Origin: Candidatus Nanopusillus sp. | Lineage (GTDB): Archaea > Nanobdellota > Nanobdellia > Nanobdellales > Nanobdellaceae | DNA: 32,000 nt | Direction: 5' to 3' | NCBI GenBank assembly: GCA_028275885.1 | Contig: JAPWTW010000003.1 | Span: 30,001-62,000 of the forward strand | Part shown: piece by piece, positions 1-8,461 of the stretch | How positions within the stretch are numbered: position 1 is the stretch's first letter | How the letters are laid out: each line of letters begins with the position of its first letter | Notes under the pieces: generated by a model | Told to the model about the DNA's origin: nothing | Seen by the model: only the letters and a program-made list of their open reading frames with translations | Databases searched by the model: none | Made by a program: the position numbers and the translations under genes

Positions 1-100
1 TTCCAACAACAGCCGCTCCTACTTGTGAATATATATTGGGTGCAAAAATCAACAATAGAAAATTTATTATAATAAAATATAATATCTTCTTTATCTCCAT
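1..100 (-). CDS. Hypothetical membrane protein, N-terminal fragment (continues beyond window start)
   Basis: Not in the ORF track because it is truncated. A minus-strand ATG at 100-98 stays open to position 1: MEIKKILYFIIINFLLLIFAPNIYSQVGAAVVG..., which forms a hydrophobic helix. A TATA-like TTATATAT (complement of 123-130) lies 22 nt upstream of the ATG. Confidence 0.3.
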   Translation of the reverse strand, partial: MEIKKILYFIIINFLLLIFAPNIYSQVGAAVVG

Positions 101-173
101 GATATATTTAGAAAATATTACCATATATAAAATTATGATTGTTAATAACATTAATCATTTATGATATCAAACC

Positions 174-247
174 CGGGCCCGGGGGGATTCGAACCCCCGA
201 TCTTCGGGTTAAAAGCCCGACGCTTTACCAGACTAAGCTACGGGCCC
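174..247 (-). tRNA. tRNA-Lys (anticodon UUU)
   Basis: Manual cloverleaf on the minus strand: GGGCCCG-TA-GCTT-AGTCTGGTA-AAGC-G-TCGGG-CTTTTAA-CCCGA-AGATC-GGGGG-TTCGAAT-CCCCC-CGGGCCC-G. It is 74 nt with no intron and no encoded CCA. It forms a GC-rich island in an AT-rich background. Confidence 0.92.
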
Positions 248-291
248 AGCAATATTTAATTTATATTTATGATTCTTATATAAATTTTTCA

Positions 292-978
292 TTATCCATA
301 TAAAGATATATAATTTATAGATCCATTAAAATATTGAAAATAATTTAAATGTACTGTTGGATAAATATTCATTAATATGTTTGGAAGACCAACAATTTTA
401 TCTCCATTATACAAGTATAGTACAGTATTATAATTATTTATAATTAAAAATTTTTCATTTGTATTTATGTAAATACTAGAATTTCCAATTAAATTAAAAT
501 TACAATATAGGAAAGTTCTTGTATATACACTAAAAAAAGATGAACTTAGATAATTGTTGCAATTATAATATGCAGAATTATTTGTTATACTAATATTTTG
601 TGTTGATCCATATATATAAACTTGTAAAATAGATGATACATTTATATAAGAGTTCTGTATTATTTCTATATTGTTTGAACTCATATTATAAAAAAATTCT
701 ATACAATTATTACAAATAAATGGATTTGTAGACAAAAATATAACTTTTGGAGTATAATAATATGAAAAAGAAAAATTTAAATAATTATATACTTTTTGTG
801 GATCATAAAATTGAGAAAAATAAAAAGAACTGGTATATAATTTTTGATATTCAGACATTTTATACAATCCAGAAGAATATTGAGATAATCCATTGACTAC
901 ATCTTGATACATATAAATTACAATATATAAAAATACAGCAAGTGTAATTAATACTTCAATCCAACTTTGAGACTTCAT
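292..978 (-). CDS. Type IV pilin-like secreted protein (class III signal peptide candidate), Asn/Tyr/Ser-rich, 4 Cys
   Basis: The N-terminus MKS|[19 protein letters not shown] has K at -2, a small residue at -1, Q at +1 and E at +5, followed by a hydrophobic helix. This resembles archaeal prepilin (DUF361-like) signals. The ATG overlaps the stop of the upstream platform gene (ATGA at 975-978). There are many N-x-S/T sequons. No recognisable globular family. Confidence 0.55.
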   Translation of the reverse strand: MKSQSWIEVLITLAVFLYIVIYMYQDVVNGLSQYSSGLYKMSEYQKLYTSSFYFSQFYDPQKVYNYLNFSFSYYYTPKVIFLSTNPFICNNCIEFFYNMSSNNIEIIQNSYINVSSILQVYIYGSTQNISITNNSAYYNCNNYLSSSFFSVYTRTFLYCNFNLIGNSSIYINTNEKFLIINNYNTVLYLYNGDKIVGLPNILMNIYPTVHLNYFQYFNGSINYISLYG

Positions 979-2231
979 ATTGTTACATTAATAATTTGCT
1001 TTTGTATATATCTTTTCCCATTATAGTTTAATATTGCTTCTACAATATATGTACCAGTATTATTTAAAGCAATAGACTGAGAATAATATCCATTTTGTAA
1101 TATTTGAAAATTCTGATAAACATAACTTCCAGCTGAATTTATTACATATATCGCTAATGGAGCATTTGTTATTGGTTGTGCATCAATATATCCATATACT
1201 TGTATGTTTATTGGGGTATATATATAAGCAGTTGTTGGGAAAACTTGTAAATTAAACGATACAAAAGATGGTAGAACAAAAATTACTATAGATAATAATC
1301 CTATTAAATTGTTTATTGCTAAATGTTTTACTGAAGATCTTATTTTTCCACTTTCAGCAATACCCATTATAATTGATGCCGAAATTCCTACCATGATTAT
1401 TGATAAGGCTGTAATAAATTTTAACCATGAATAATTTATTTGAGAAGAAAAGAAATTGAACTGTGTATGAACAGTAGAAGCTGAAATTTGACTTATTATC
1501 AATGGTTTAATTGTACTTAATATAGAAATTGATAATCCAATGAATATAATAAATATAGCATATAAAACTAATATTTGTTGCGATACATATGCTCTCTTTA
1601 GTCCATCCAATTCCTTTACAGATTCTAGATCATTGTATAATCTTTTTAAAACCTTTGAAATATCACCTCCACCTTTATATGTTTCTAATATTACATAATT
1701 AATCATCTTTATATTTGGAAGGTCTTCAAAATACATGTTAAATAATGTAAATGCTTTTTCAAATGGCATACCCCAAACAATCCAATTATATAATTTTTTA
1801 ACTAAAACAGATAGATATCCCAAATCTATTGATGATAAATATGCCAGAGCATCCAATAATGTCATTCCAGATGCTAAACTTTCAGATAGATAAGATAGAA
1901 AATATGTATAATTATTAGATATATTTTCATATATTTTACTTTCAATATACTTGTAAAATAGGTATGGAACTCCTCCCACAAGATATATAACTATTATTAA
2001 TATTGAAAGTGCTACATAATTTTCATATAGTTTAAATATTATTCCAAATATTCCAATAATAGCGGCAAACAAAATAGATATATACAATATAAATCTATCT
2101 TCCTTAATATATGAACCAAAAACATTTATCTCTTTATAATGTAATGGATCCCTTATATTGAAAAATTGATCTATAAATCTTTCAATTAATCCTTTTTTAT
2201 TTACTCTTTTATTATATGTATTAACTATCAT
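975..2231 (-). CDS. FlaJ/TadC-type (T2SSF-domain) type IV filament platform membrane protein, single T2SSF repeat, with C-terminal extracellular beta-rich domain
   Basis: T2SSF-like segment: LSESLASGMTLLDALAYLSS...GMPFEKAFTLF...ILETYKGGGDISKVLKRLYNDLE, followed by 3 TM helices. The ORF-track start at 2255 is a TTG. The first ATG is at 2231 (MIVNTYNKRVNKKGLIERFIDQFF...), and I prefer it. The last ~92 aa (978-1253) are non-TM and beta-rich. Confidence 0.7.
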   Translation of the reverse strand: MIVNTYNKRVNKKGLIERFIDQFFNIRDPLHYKEINVFGSYIKEDRFILYISILFAAIIGIFGIIFKLYENYVALSILIIVIYLVGGVPYLFYKYIESKIYENISNNYTYFLSYLSESLASGMTLLDALAYLSSIDLGYLSVLVKKLYNWIVWGMPFEKAFTLFNMYFEDLPNIKMINYVILETYKGGGDISKVLKRLYNDLESVKELDGLKRAYVSQQILVLYAIFIIFIGLSISILSTIKPLIISQISASTVHTQFNFFSSQINYSWLKFITALSIIMVGISASIIMGIAESGKIRSSVKHLAINNLIGLLSIVIFVLPSFVSFNLQVFPTTAYIYTPINIQVYGYIDAQPITNAPLAIYVINSAGSYVYQNFQILQNGYYSQSIALNNTGTYIVEAILNYNGKRYIQKQIINVTI

Positions 2232-2248
2232 TATACTTTTAATTTTAG

Positions 2249-3115
2249 ATGTCAATATTTAAATATATGGTTAGTATATTTGATCAATTTTTTAGTGGTA
2301 TAGAAAAAGATTTATTAGCAATTAATTATAAAGAAGATCCCTCTAAGTATATATATAAAGCTAAAATATATTCAATAGGAATATCAATATCTGTATCAAT
2401 ATTAACATTCTTTTCCCTTTTAATATATAATATAAAAGTATATGGATCTTTTAATCCAACTTTTCCAATAATATTTGGAATAGTTGCCGGTATCTTAGGA
2501 TTTTTTGGATCTCTATTATTATTTAAGAAATATCCTTCAATCGAAAAACAAAATAGAGCTAAAAAAATAGACAATTCTTTATATTATGCTGTATTATATA
2601 TGGCTTCTTTAGTTTCTTCTGGTGCAACCCCAAAAGCATTATTTGAATTATTGTCAAAATATAGTGAATTTTCAGAAATAAAAAAAGAAGCATCTGAAAT
2701 AATATACTTAATAGATACTGTAGGATTATCATTACCAGTAGCATTAGAAAGAAAAGCTGAATATTCTCCTTCAAAGAAATGGGCTTCAATATTAAATGGA
2801 ATGAGATCTATAATAGTTGAGGGTGGAAATCTTGAGGAATATTTATATAATGAAGCTGAGAAATTATTTGATGAATATAGGAGAAAAATAATAGAATATT
2901 CAAACAATATGCAAATATTCTTAGAAATATATATAACACTAATAATTGTAGGAGTTATATTTATAATTATATTAACTACATTGATGGGATCTATTTCTGG
3001 AACAAACTTTCAATATATAGAATTCATTCAACTAATGAGTATATTAATAGTATTGCCAATGGGTACAGCTATGTTTATTATATTATTAAAAGCAATTAGC
3101 CCATTTGAAACATAA
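2249..3115 (+). CDS. FlaJ/TadC-type (T2SSF-domain) platform membrane protein, second single-repeat paralogue
   Basis: T2SSF-like segment: YYAVLYMASLVSSGATPKALFELLSK...SLPVALERKAEYSPSKKWASILNGMRSIIVEGGNLEEYLYNEAEKL, flanked by TM helices. It shares the N-terminal xFDQFF motif with the divergent neighbour (IFDQFF versus FIDQFF). Confidence 0.7.
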   Translation: MSIFKYMVSIFDQFFSGIEKDLLAINYKEDPSKYIYKAKIYSIGISISVSILTFFSLLIYNIKVYGSFNPTFPIIFGIVAGILGFFGSLLLFKKYPSIEKQNRAKKIDNSLYYAVLYMASLVSSGATPKALFELLSKYSEFSEIKKEASEIIYLIDTVGLSLPVALERKAEYSPSKKWASILNGMRSIIVEGGNLEEYLYNEAEKLFDEYRRKIIEYSNNMQIFLEIYITLIIVGVIFIIILTTLMGSISGTNFQYIEFIQLMSILIVLPMGTAMFIILLKAISPFET

Positions 3116-3121
3116 TTAATT

Positions 3122-3781
3122 TTATCCTGTAATGTTAAAAGTATATATATTTAAAATATTTTGAACCAATTGATTATCATTTATTACTTTAATTTCTCCA
3201 TTTTCTAACCCATTTTTAATTATATCTACAAAATTTCCATTTTCATATTTTAAATAATTCAAAATTTTTTCTGATATTGAATATGAAAGATAAATTATCA
3301 ATGTATTATTTATATTATTTATATATGAAATTGGTATGTTTGTAATTCCTTTACTAGTAAATACAAAAGCTCCACAAGAGTCATCTACACATAATATAAA
3401 TGAATATTGAGGATATATAATGTTTAATTTCGTATAATACAATTCATAGTTTTTCATATATAAAGAATTATTTAATAAATAATTATTTACTTTGTTAATA
3501 AATTCTATAGAACTATTAGGATTACTAAAATTGAGATTTTTTTGATTGAATACACCATTTATTGATATCTTAATTATATCATAAGTTGTTAAATTTAATT
3601 CATAATATCTAATTTCGGTTTCATTATCTGAAATATTATAAACATATGGTAATTTAAGAGAATATACTGGATGAAATAAATATCTATATATTATTGATGC
3701 TAATATCATAACAATCGAAAATACTATTAAAAAAATCAAAATTTTATCTTTAATAGATGACTTCTTCAATATTCCTCTCAT
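3122..3781 (-). CDS. Hypothetical N-terminally membrane-anchored protein
   Basis: ATG start. MRGILKKSSIKDKILIFLIVFSIVMILASIIY forms a single N-terminal TM helix. The rest is Asn/Tyr/Ile-rich with a Cys pair (LCVDDSCG). It overlaps the ndk 3' end by 32 nt. No family recognised. Confidence 0.5.
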   Translation of the reverse strand: MRGILKKSSIKDKILIFLIVFSIVMILASIIYRYLFHPVYSLKLPYVYNISDNETEIRYYELNLTTYDIIKISINGVFNQKNLNFSNPNSSIEFINKVNNYLLNNSLYMKNYELYYTKLNIIYPQYSFILCVDDSCGAFVFTSKGITNIPISYINNINNTLIIYLSYSISEKILNYLKYENGNFVDIIKNGLENGEIKVINDNQLVQNILNIYTFNITG

Positions 3782-4343
3782 AATTATAGATTTCTTCTGG
3801 TTTAAATATTATAGATATCTCTCTTTCTGCATCTTTTTCCGTTTCTGATGCATGAACAACATTTCTTAAAACCATCTTATTCCAATTTGCATAAGCTATT
3901 GATACATGAGCATAATCTCCTCTAATAGTACCTGGCGGAGCTTTTAAAGGTTCTGTAGGTCCAACCAATTTTCTAACTACTTCTACACAATTAACACCTT
4001 CTAATACTATAGCAACTATTGGATCTGATGTTATAAAATCTATCATCCATTCTCTTATTATGCTTCCAATTTTCTTTGGATCATCAGTCCCAAATTCTTT
4101 TACAGGATCTAATTCCATCTCTTTATATCTTGTTATTGTTTTATTTCCAACACTTTCCAACCATTTTTCATCTGCATAATAAAATTTTTCTGCTTGTTCT
4201 CTTGTTAATTTTATCATTTTTAATCCAACAATTTTTAAACCTGCTCTTTCGAATCTAGATATTATTTCCCCAACAATTCCCCTTTTAACACTATCTGGTT
4301 TTAATACTACCAAAGTCTTTTGTATTAAATGTTTTCCATTCAT
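3750..4343 (-). CDS. ndk: Nucleoside diphosphate kinase (long form with insertions)
   Basis: NDK motifs: LVVLKPDSVKRGIVGEIISRFERAGLKIVGLKM, PGTIRGDYA, and the active-site region NVVHASE. At 197 aa it has about 45 extra residues relative to typical ~150-aa NDKs. Conserved archaeal neighbourhood S28e-L24e-ndk. Confidence 0.88.
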   Translation of the reverse strand: MNGKHLIQKTLVVLKPDSVKRGIVGEIISRFERAGLKIVGLKMIKLTREQAEKFYYADEKWLESVGNKTITRYKEMELDPVKEFGTDDPKKIGSIIREWMIDFITSDPIVAIVLEGVNCVEVVRKLVGPTEPLKAPPGTIRGDYAHVSIAYANWNKMVLRNVVHASETEKDAEREISIIFKPEEIYNYERNIEEVIY

Positions 4344-4519
4344 GTTTTATTATAAAAAGCTGTCCATTTTAGCTTTTTATTATCTCTTCCCATTTCCCAA
4401 TTTCTAATACATTTTCTTGAACAAAAATATAAAATAGTACCATTATTTAATGCATATATAATTCCAGTACCCGGTTCTATTTCATTTCCACAATATGAAC
4501 ACTTATTTTTAACAACCAT
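4340..4519 (-). CDS. rpl24e: 50S ribosomal protein L24e (eL24)
   Basis: CSYCGNEIEPGTGIIYALNNGTILYFCSRKC...KLKWT is the L24e zinc-ribbon signature. The ORF-track start (4525) is a TTG. An ATG at 4519 gives MVVKNKCSYCG..., which is typical for this family. Confidence 0.9.
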   Translation of the reverse strand: MVVKNKCSYCGNEIEPGTGIIYALNNGTILYFCSRKCIRNWEMGRDNKKLKWTAFYNKT

Positions 4520-4521
4520 CT

Positions 4522-4815
4522 TCAATCTTTCTTTTCAATTGGCATAGCCGATATCTCTGTCTCCCTTAATAATATTATATCCCCTTTTCTAATAGGTCCT
4601 ATTACATTTCTTCTAAGAATTTTTCCAGAATCTGGACCATCAAGTACTCTTACAATAACATGTGTAGCTTCACCCCTCATACCTGTTCTTCCAACAACAT
4701 CCAATACTTCTGCTTTATATCCTCTGGTCCATGTCACAATATTCTCTCTTACAACATTTTCTTCAGCATTTCTTATACCTTCTTCACCTATTTTTGATAC
4801 AACTTTTTTAGGCAT
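4522..4815 (-). CDS. rps28e: 30S ribosomal protein S28e (eS28) with ~30-aa N-terminal extension
   Basis: GYKAEVLDVVGRTGMRGEATHVIVRVLDGPDSGKILRRNVIGPIRKGDIILLRETE matches the S28e core. It is 97 aa versus the usual ~70 aa. There is no internal ATG before the core. Confidence 0.85.
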   Translation of the reverse strand: MPKKVVSKIGEEGIRNAEENVVRENIVTWTRGYKAEVLDVVGRTGMRGEATHVIVRVLDGPDSGKILRRNVIGPIRKGDIILLRETEISAMPIEKKD

Positions 4816-4867
4816 ATTGTAAGTAATTGAAAAATAACTTTTAAATCTTTTATTAAAATATGTAAAA

Positions 4868-7800
4868 ATGACATCTGAAAGTTCTAATTTAAATAATAAT
4901 AATCAGGAAACAAAAGTTAATAGATTAAGAAAAATACTATCAAGCAGTATATTTATAGACATATTAATAATTATATTTATATTTTTATTTGCTTTAGGAT
5001 CAAGAGGTTTATTAATTAATTTCTTGGGAGATTATTCTTTAGTAGGACCTGATGCATATTTAATGTTTAAATATTTCGAATCTTTAGTATTTAATCATAC
5101 ATTAAATAATATTACCTATAATTTATATTATCCACTACCATTTTACTTGTACAATAAAAATCTTGTATCTTATTTGGCATTTTTATCTTATTTAATGTTC
5201 CAAAATTTTAGCAGTCAGATTATTGCATTATTAAATATTTTACAAATACATCCAGCATCCAATAATATATTATGGTTATCAGCAAACTTTACCAACGCAT
5301 ATGTACCTGCAATCGCCTCAATTATATTCTATTTCTTAGCAAAGAATATATTTGAAGATAGATATTTAGCATTTTTTTCTTCTATGATTCTTGCTATAAA
5401 TCCATTCTTGACAACTAGACTGATTTTATTTGATACTGAATTAGGAGCAATTATTTTCTTAGTATTATCTTTTTACATTATAATTAAATACTTTAATGCA
5501 AAACCTGAAAATAATACATACAAAAAGTTATTCTTAATTCTTTATTCTATTATTAGCTTAATAATATTTTATAAAACGTCTTTATTACCAAATCCCGATG
5601 TATATTTAACAATTGAATTATTTATATTTTTCTTTATCTTATTATTATTATATTCAATATTTAAAGGATCAAGAGCCTATTATCTAACATTATTAATATT
5701 TACTACCGCATTAACTAGAAAGGGTTGGGGTGGTTGGATAATAATACCAATTGTTTTTGGTTTAATATTGTTGGTTAGATACTTTTATGATAGAGATTAT
5801 AAAGATGTATACTTCTACCTACCATATATAGGATTTACTGGAATATTAGACGAATTAATAGTACCTGGATCTTTAGGAATCGATTTGTTTTTAAGTTATG
5901 AGAATTTATTTATAGAACTTTCAATGCTTGTATTATTTTTATATGAAATATTCAAAGATAATAAGATATTGGAAATAATTACTGAAAATAAAAAATATCT
6001 ATTGATATTATCTGTTTTATCTGGAATAATTCCAGGAATATTAATATACATTATAAGAAATTATATCAAAGACAACAAATTACTAAAAAAATATATAATA
6101 TTTCTAATAATTCTTTCTATATCATTACCTTTTTTAATTAACAAATTAGCTATATCCTTCTTGTATAACCCATTTACCTATGAAAGAATAGGTTCAACAG
6201 TTGCAGAATTCCGACCAACTACTGCAAGATATTATTTGAGTTTGTTTGGACAGATAGGTTTAAGACAGATAGGTTTAGTATTAACTTACTTAGGTTTAGG
6301 ATATTTAATATTTGACAGAACTAAACCTAAAAATCTTTTAATTTCCCAACTATTATTTATATTTATATTAGCTGTATCAGAACTTTTTATCAGTCCTTCT
6401 ATATACATTTTAATATTCTATTTACTTATATATTCTGTATTTATAATATCATATAACAGAGAAAGTAATAAATATGATTTAATAAAGACAATTTTTGAAG
6501 TATCAACATTATCAATTGCACTTCAATTTATAATATTTTCAGATTTAGTAATTAATGGTATATTTATAAATATATTTATATCCTGGATTGCTTTTTTAAT
6601 TTTATTAATTTACATTTCATTATTTAATAGAAATCTAAGCGATAAAGAAATCTTTATATTATTACTATCGCTTATAGCTCTTCTTTTAGGAAAATATACA
6701 TATAGATTGGTCTTTTACAATGGTCTTGCTCTCCCGTTATTATATATACTAGGTATAGAAATATTCAATTTATTTAGGGATGAATTTTCTAGATTAAAAA
6801 ATATTATAAAAGAAAATTTAATATTAATATTATTATTAATTTCATCTATTTCAGGAATATCTCTATTTATATCAACAAAAATATTTTTATTCTTAATTCC
6901 ATTAGTATTTTTAGCAGTATATATTCTATATGAATATATATTAAATAAATATTTAGATTTATTTAATTTATTTAAATATAGTTTAATCCTATTTACAATA
7001 TTTGGTGCTTTATTTTCTATAAATAATAGAATTTATGGAGATCCTGGATATATGATTAACTATTTTTTAAGTGCCGCTTCATACGGAACTCCAGACTATT
7101 TAATAAATACTTTCTTATGGATAAGTCAAAATACACCACCAAACTCCATTATAAATTCTTGGTGGGATTATGGATATTATATTTATGTAATAGGAAATAG
7201 AACTGCCTGGATAAATGGTGCAAATTCTTACCCATACTGGAATCATTTAATGGGTAGATATGGATTGTCTTCAGAAAATATAACACAAACATTAGAATTA
7301 TTTTATGTACATGCAAATTATAATTATCAAACATTTAAAACATTAGAATTATTCAATGAAAACTCTATATTTTATGATTATCTGTATAGATATTTAGGAT
7401 TTAATGAAAGTGAGGTAAATGAAATTAAAAAATTAAAAGATTCTTTGGGATATAAAAATTGGATAAATCTATTATATCAATTTAATGGTTCTTCTGAATC
7501 TATTTCATCATATAATTTATCCCAAAGAAATATAGAATTACTAGAAAAATTATATAAAATGAATTATTTAAAACCTGCATACTTATACATAGATCCTACG
7601 GATATAGGAAAATCTTTTGCATTTCAATTTTTAGGATCAAATGAAAGCTATGACAAAGAATCTTGGATATCTTCGTTTGTATCTGGAACATCAGAAAATC
7701 CAGGGCCAGCAATACCATCAGTATATTATAATGGGTATTATATATTTGCAACAAATAATAGTTTATTTTACTTTGGTCAAGAACCATTGGATGAAACCTT

Positions 7801-8461
7801 AAATATTAATGGAACAATAATAAATAGGTGTATATATGTACATAACAAGGAGATAATTAACCAAAATAGTTGTGGAATGATAACAGGGGTTCAGTTATTA
7901 TTTAACCAATCTATAGTAAAAAGATCTGGAATATATCAAACGTTAGATATAAACAATATTAATCCAGACAATTTAATAGGGGCATACGTATACATTTATA
8001 ATCCACTAAATAATCAACAATACATACTTTCATTAAAATATGTATATATAAATGGACAATTAGTTACATTCAATGATTCCCAATATGATGGATTATTATA
8101 TGTATCTCCAGCCTATTCTTTATTAAGACAGCAAAATCCTTTAGGATTATTCTTATATGCATATCTCATATCACAAAAAGCCACACAATATAATTGGGTA
8201 CAACTTTATTTTTTAAACAACAATTATAATGGAACATTTGATCTCGTATTTTATTCAAATTTATTATACGGATTTCCCCCAATAATATATTATGATATCC
8301 CACCAGCAAAAGTATGGAAGATAAATTTCCCTGAAAATTTCACAGTTCCTGACCATTTATATTGTATTTATCTTGCAACAAATATTCAACAAATAAATGA
8401 ATGCGGAAGGATATATAACTTAGCCTATTATAAGAATTTAAAAAGCTATTATGATGTATAG
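4868..8461 (+). CDS. aglB: Oligosaccharyltransferase AglB (STT3 family), unusually long (1197 aa)
   Basis: WWDYG motif at 7160-7174 (NSWWDYGYYIYVIG). N-terminal loop acidic motif GPDAY. Second acidic motif FDTELG. EL5 TIxE-like STVAEFRP. The protein is polytopic, with about 760 aa before WWDYG, followed by a ~430-aa soluble C-terminal domain. Confidence 0.88.
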   Translation: MTSESSNLNNNNQETKVNRLRKILSSSIFIDILIIIFIFLFALGSRGLLINFLGDYSLVGPDAYLMFKYFESLVFNHTLNNITYNLYYPLPFYLYNKNLVSYLAFLSYLMFQNFSSQIIALLNILQIHPASNNILWLSANFTNAYVPAIASIIFYFLAKNIFEDRYLAFFSSMILAINPFLTTRLILFDTELGAIIFLVLSFYIIIKYFNAKPENNTYKKLFLILYSIISLIIFYKTSLLPNPDVYLTIELFIFFFILLLLYSIFKGSRAYYLTLLIFTTALTRKGWGGWIIIPIVFGLILLVRYFYDRDYKDVYFYLPYIGFTGILDELIVPGSLGIDLFLSYENLFIELSMLVLFLYEIFKDNKILEIITENKKYLLILSVLSGIIPGILIYIIRNYIKDNKLLKKYIIFLIILSISLPFLINKLAISFLYNPFTYERIGSTVAEFRPTTARYYLSLFGQIGLRQIGLVLTYLGLGYLIFDRTKPKNLLISQLLFIFILAVSELFISPSIYILIFYLLIYSVFIISYNRESNKYDLIKTIFEVSTLSIALQFIIFSDLVINGIFINIFISWIAFLILLIYISLFNRNLSDKEIFILLLSLIALLLGKYTYRLVFYNGLALPLLYILGIEIFNLFRDEFSRLKNIIKENLILILLLISSISGISLFISTKIFLFLIPLVFLAVYILYEYILNKYLDLFNLFKYSLILFTIFGALFSINNRIYGDPGYMINYFLSAASYGTPDYLINTFLWISQNTPPNSIINSWWDYGYYIYVIGNRTAWINGANSYPYWNHLMGRYGLSSENITQTLELFYVHANYNYQTFKTLELFNENSIFYDYLYRYLGFNESEVNEIKKLKDSLGYKNWINLLYQFNGSSESISSYNLSQRNIELLEKLYKMNYLKPAYLYIDPTDIGKSFAFQFLGSNESYDKESWISSFVSGTSENPGPAIPSVYYNGYYIFATNNSLFYFGQEPLDETLNINGTIINRCIYVHNKEIINQNSCGMITGVQLLFNQSIVKRSGIYQTLDINNINPDNLIGAYVYIYNPLNNQQYILSLKYVYINGQLVTFNDSQYDGLLYVSPAYSLLRQQNPLGLFLYAYLISQKATQYNWVQLYFLNNNYNGTFDLVFYSNLLYGFPPIIYYDIPPAKVWKINFPENFTVPDHLYCIYLATNIQQINECGRIYNLAYYKNLKSYYDV

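Noticed and set aside
2232-2255. ORF-track starts that are TTG codons (2255, 4525, 22264)
   Set aside because: In each case an ATG lies 2-8 codons downstream and gives an N-terminus typical of the family (L24e MVVKNKCSYCG, TmcA MDILNDYNKLL). TTG starts remain possible but are not needed.
2326-2907. Three overlapping minus-strand ORFs (2326-2574, 2559-2789, 2584-2907) inside the plus-strand T2SSF gene
   Set aside because: They are antisense shadows of a CDS that has clear family motifs. Their translations are low-complexity and show no motif, start context or coupling.
4723-4815. S28e N-terminal ~30-aa extension as a mis-called start
   Set aside because: I could not resolve this. There is no internal ATG before the conserved core, and the ATG at 4815 has a TATA-like element at the right distance. 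I kept the long form and flagged it in the feature evidence.
6251-6277. Tandem 12-nt duplication CAGATAGGTTTA-aga-CAGATAGGTTTA inside aglB (encodes QIGL-R-QIGL)
   Set aside because: It is in-frame, short and sits in a loop or TM boundary region. It is most simply a small replication-slippage duplication with no evident functional meaning.
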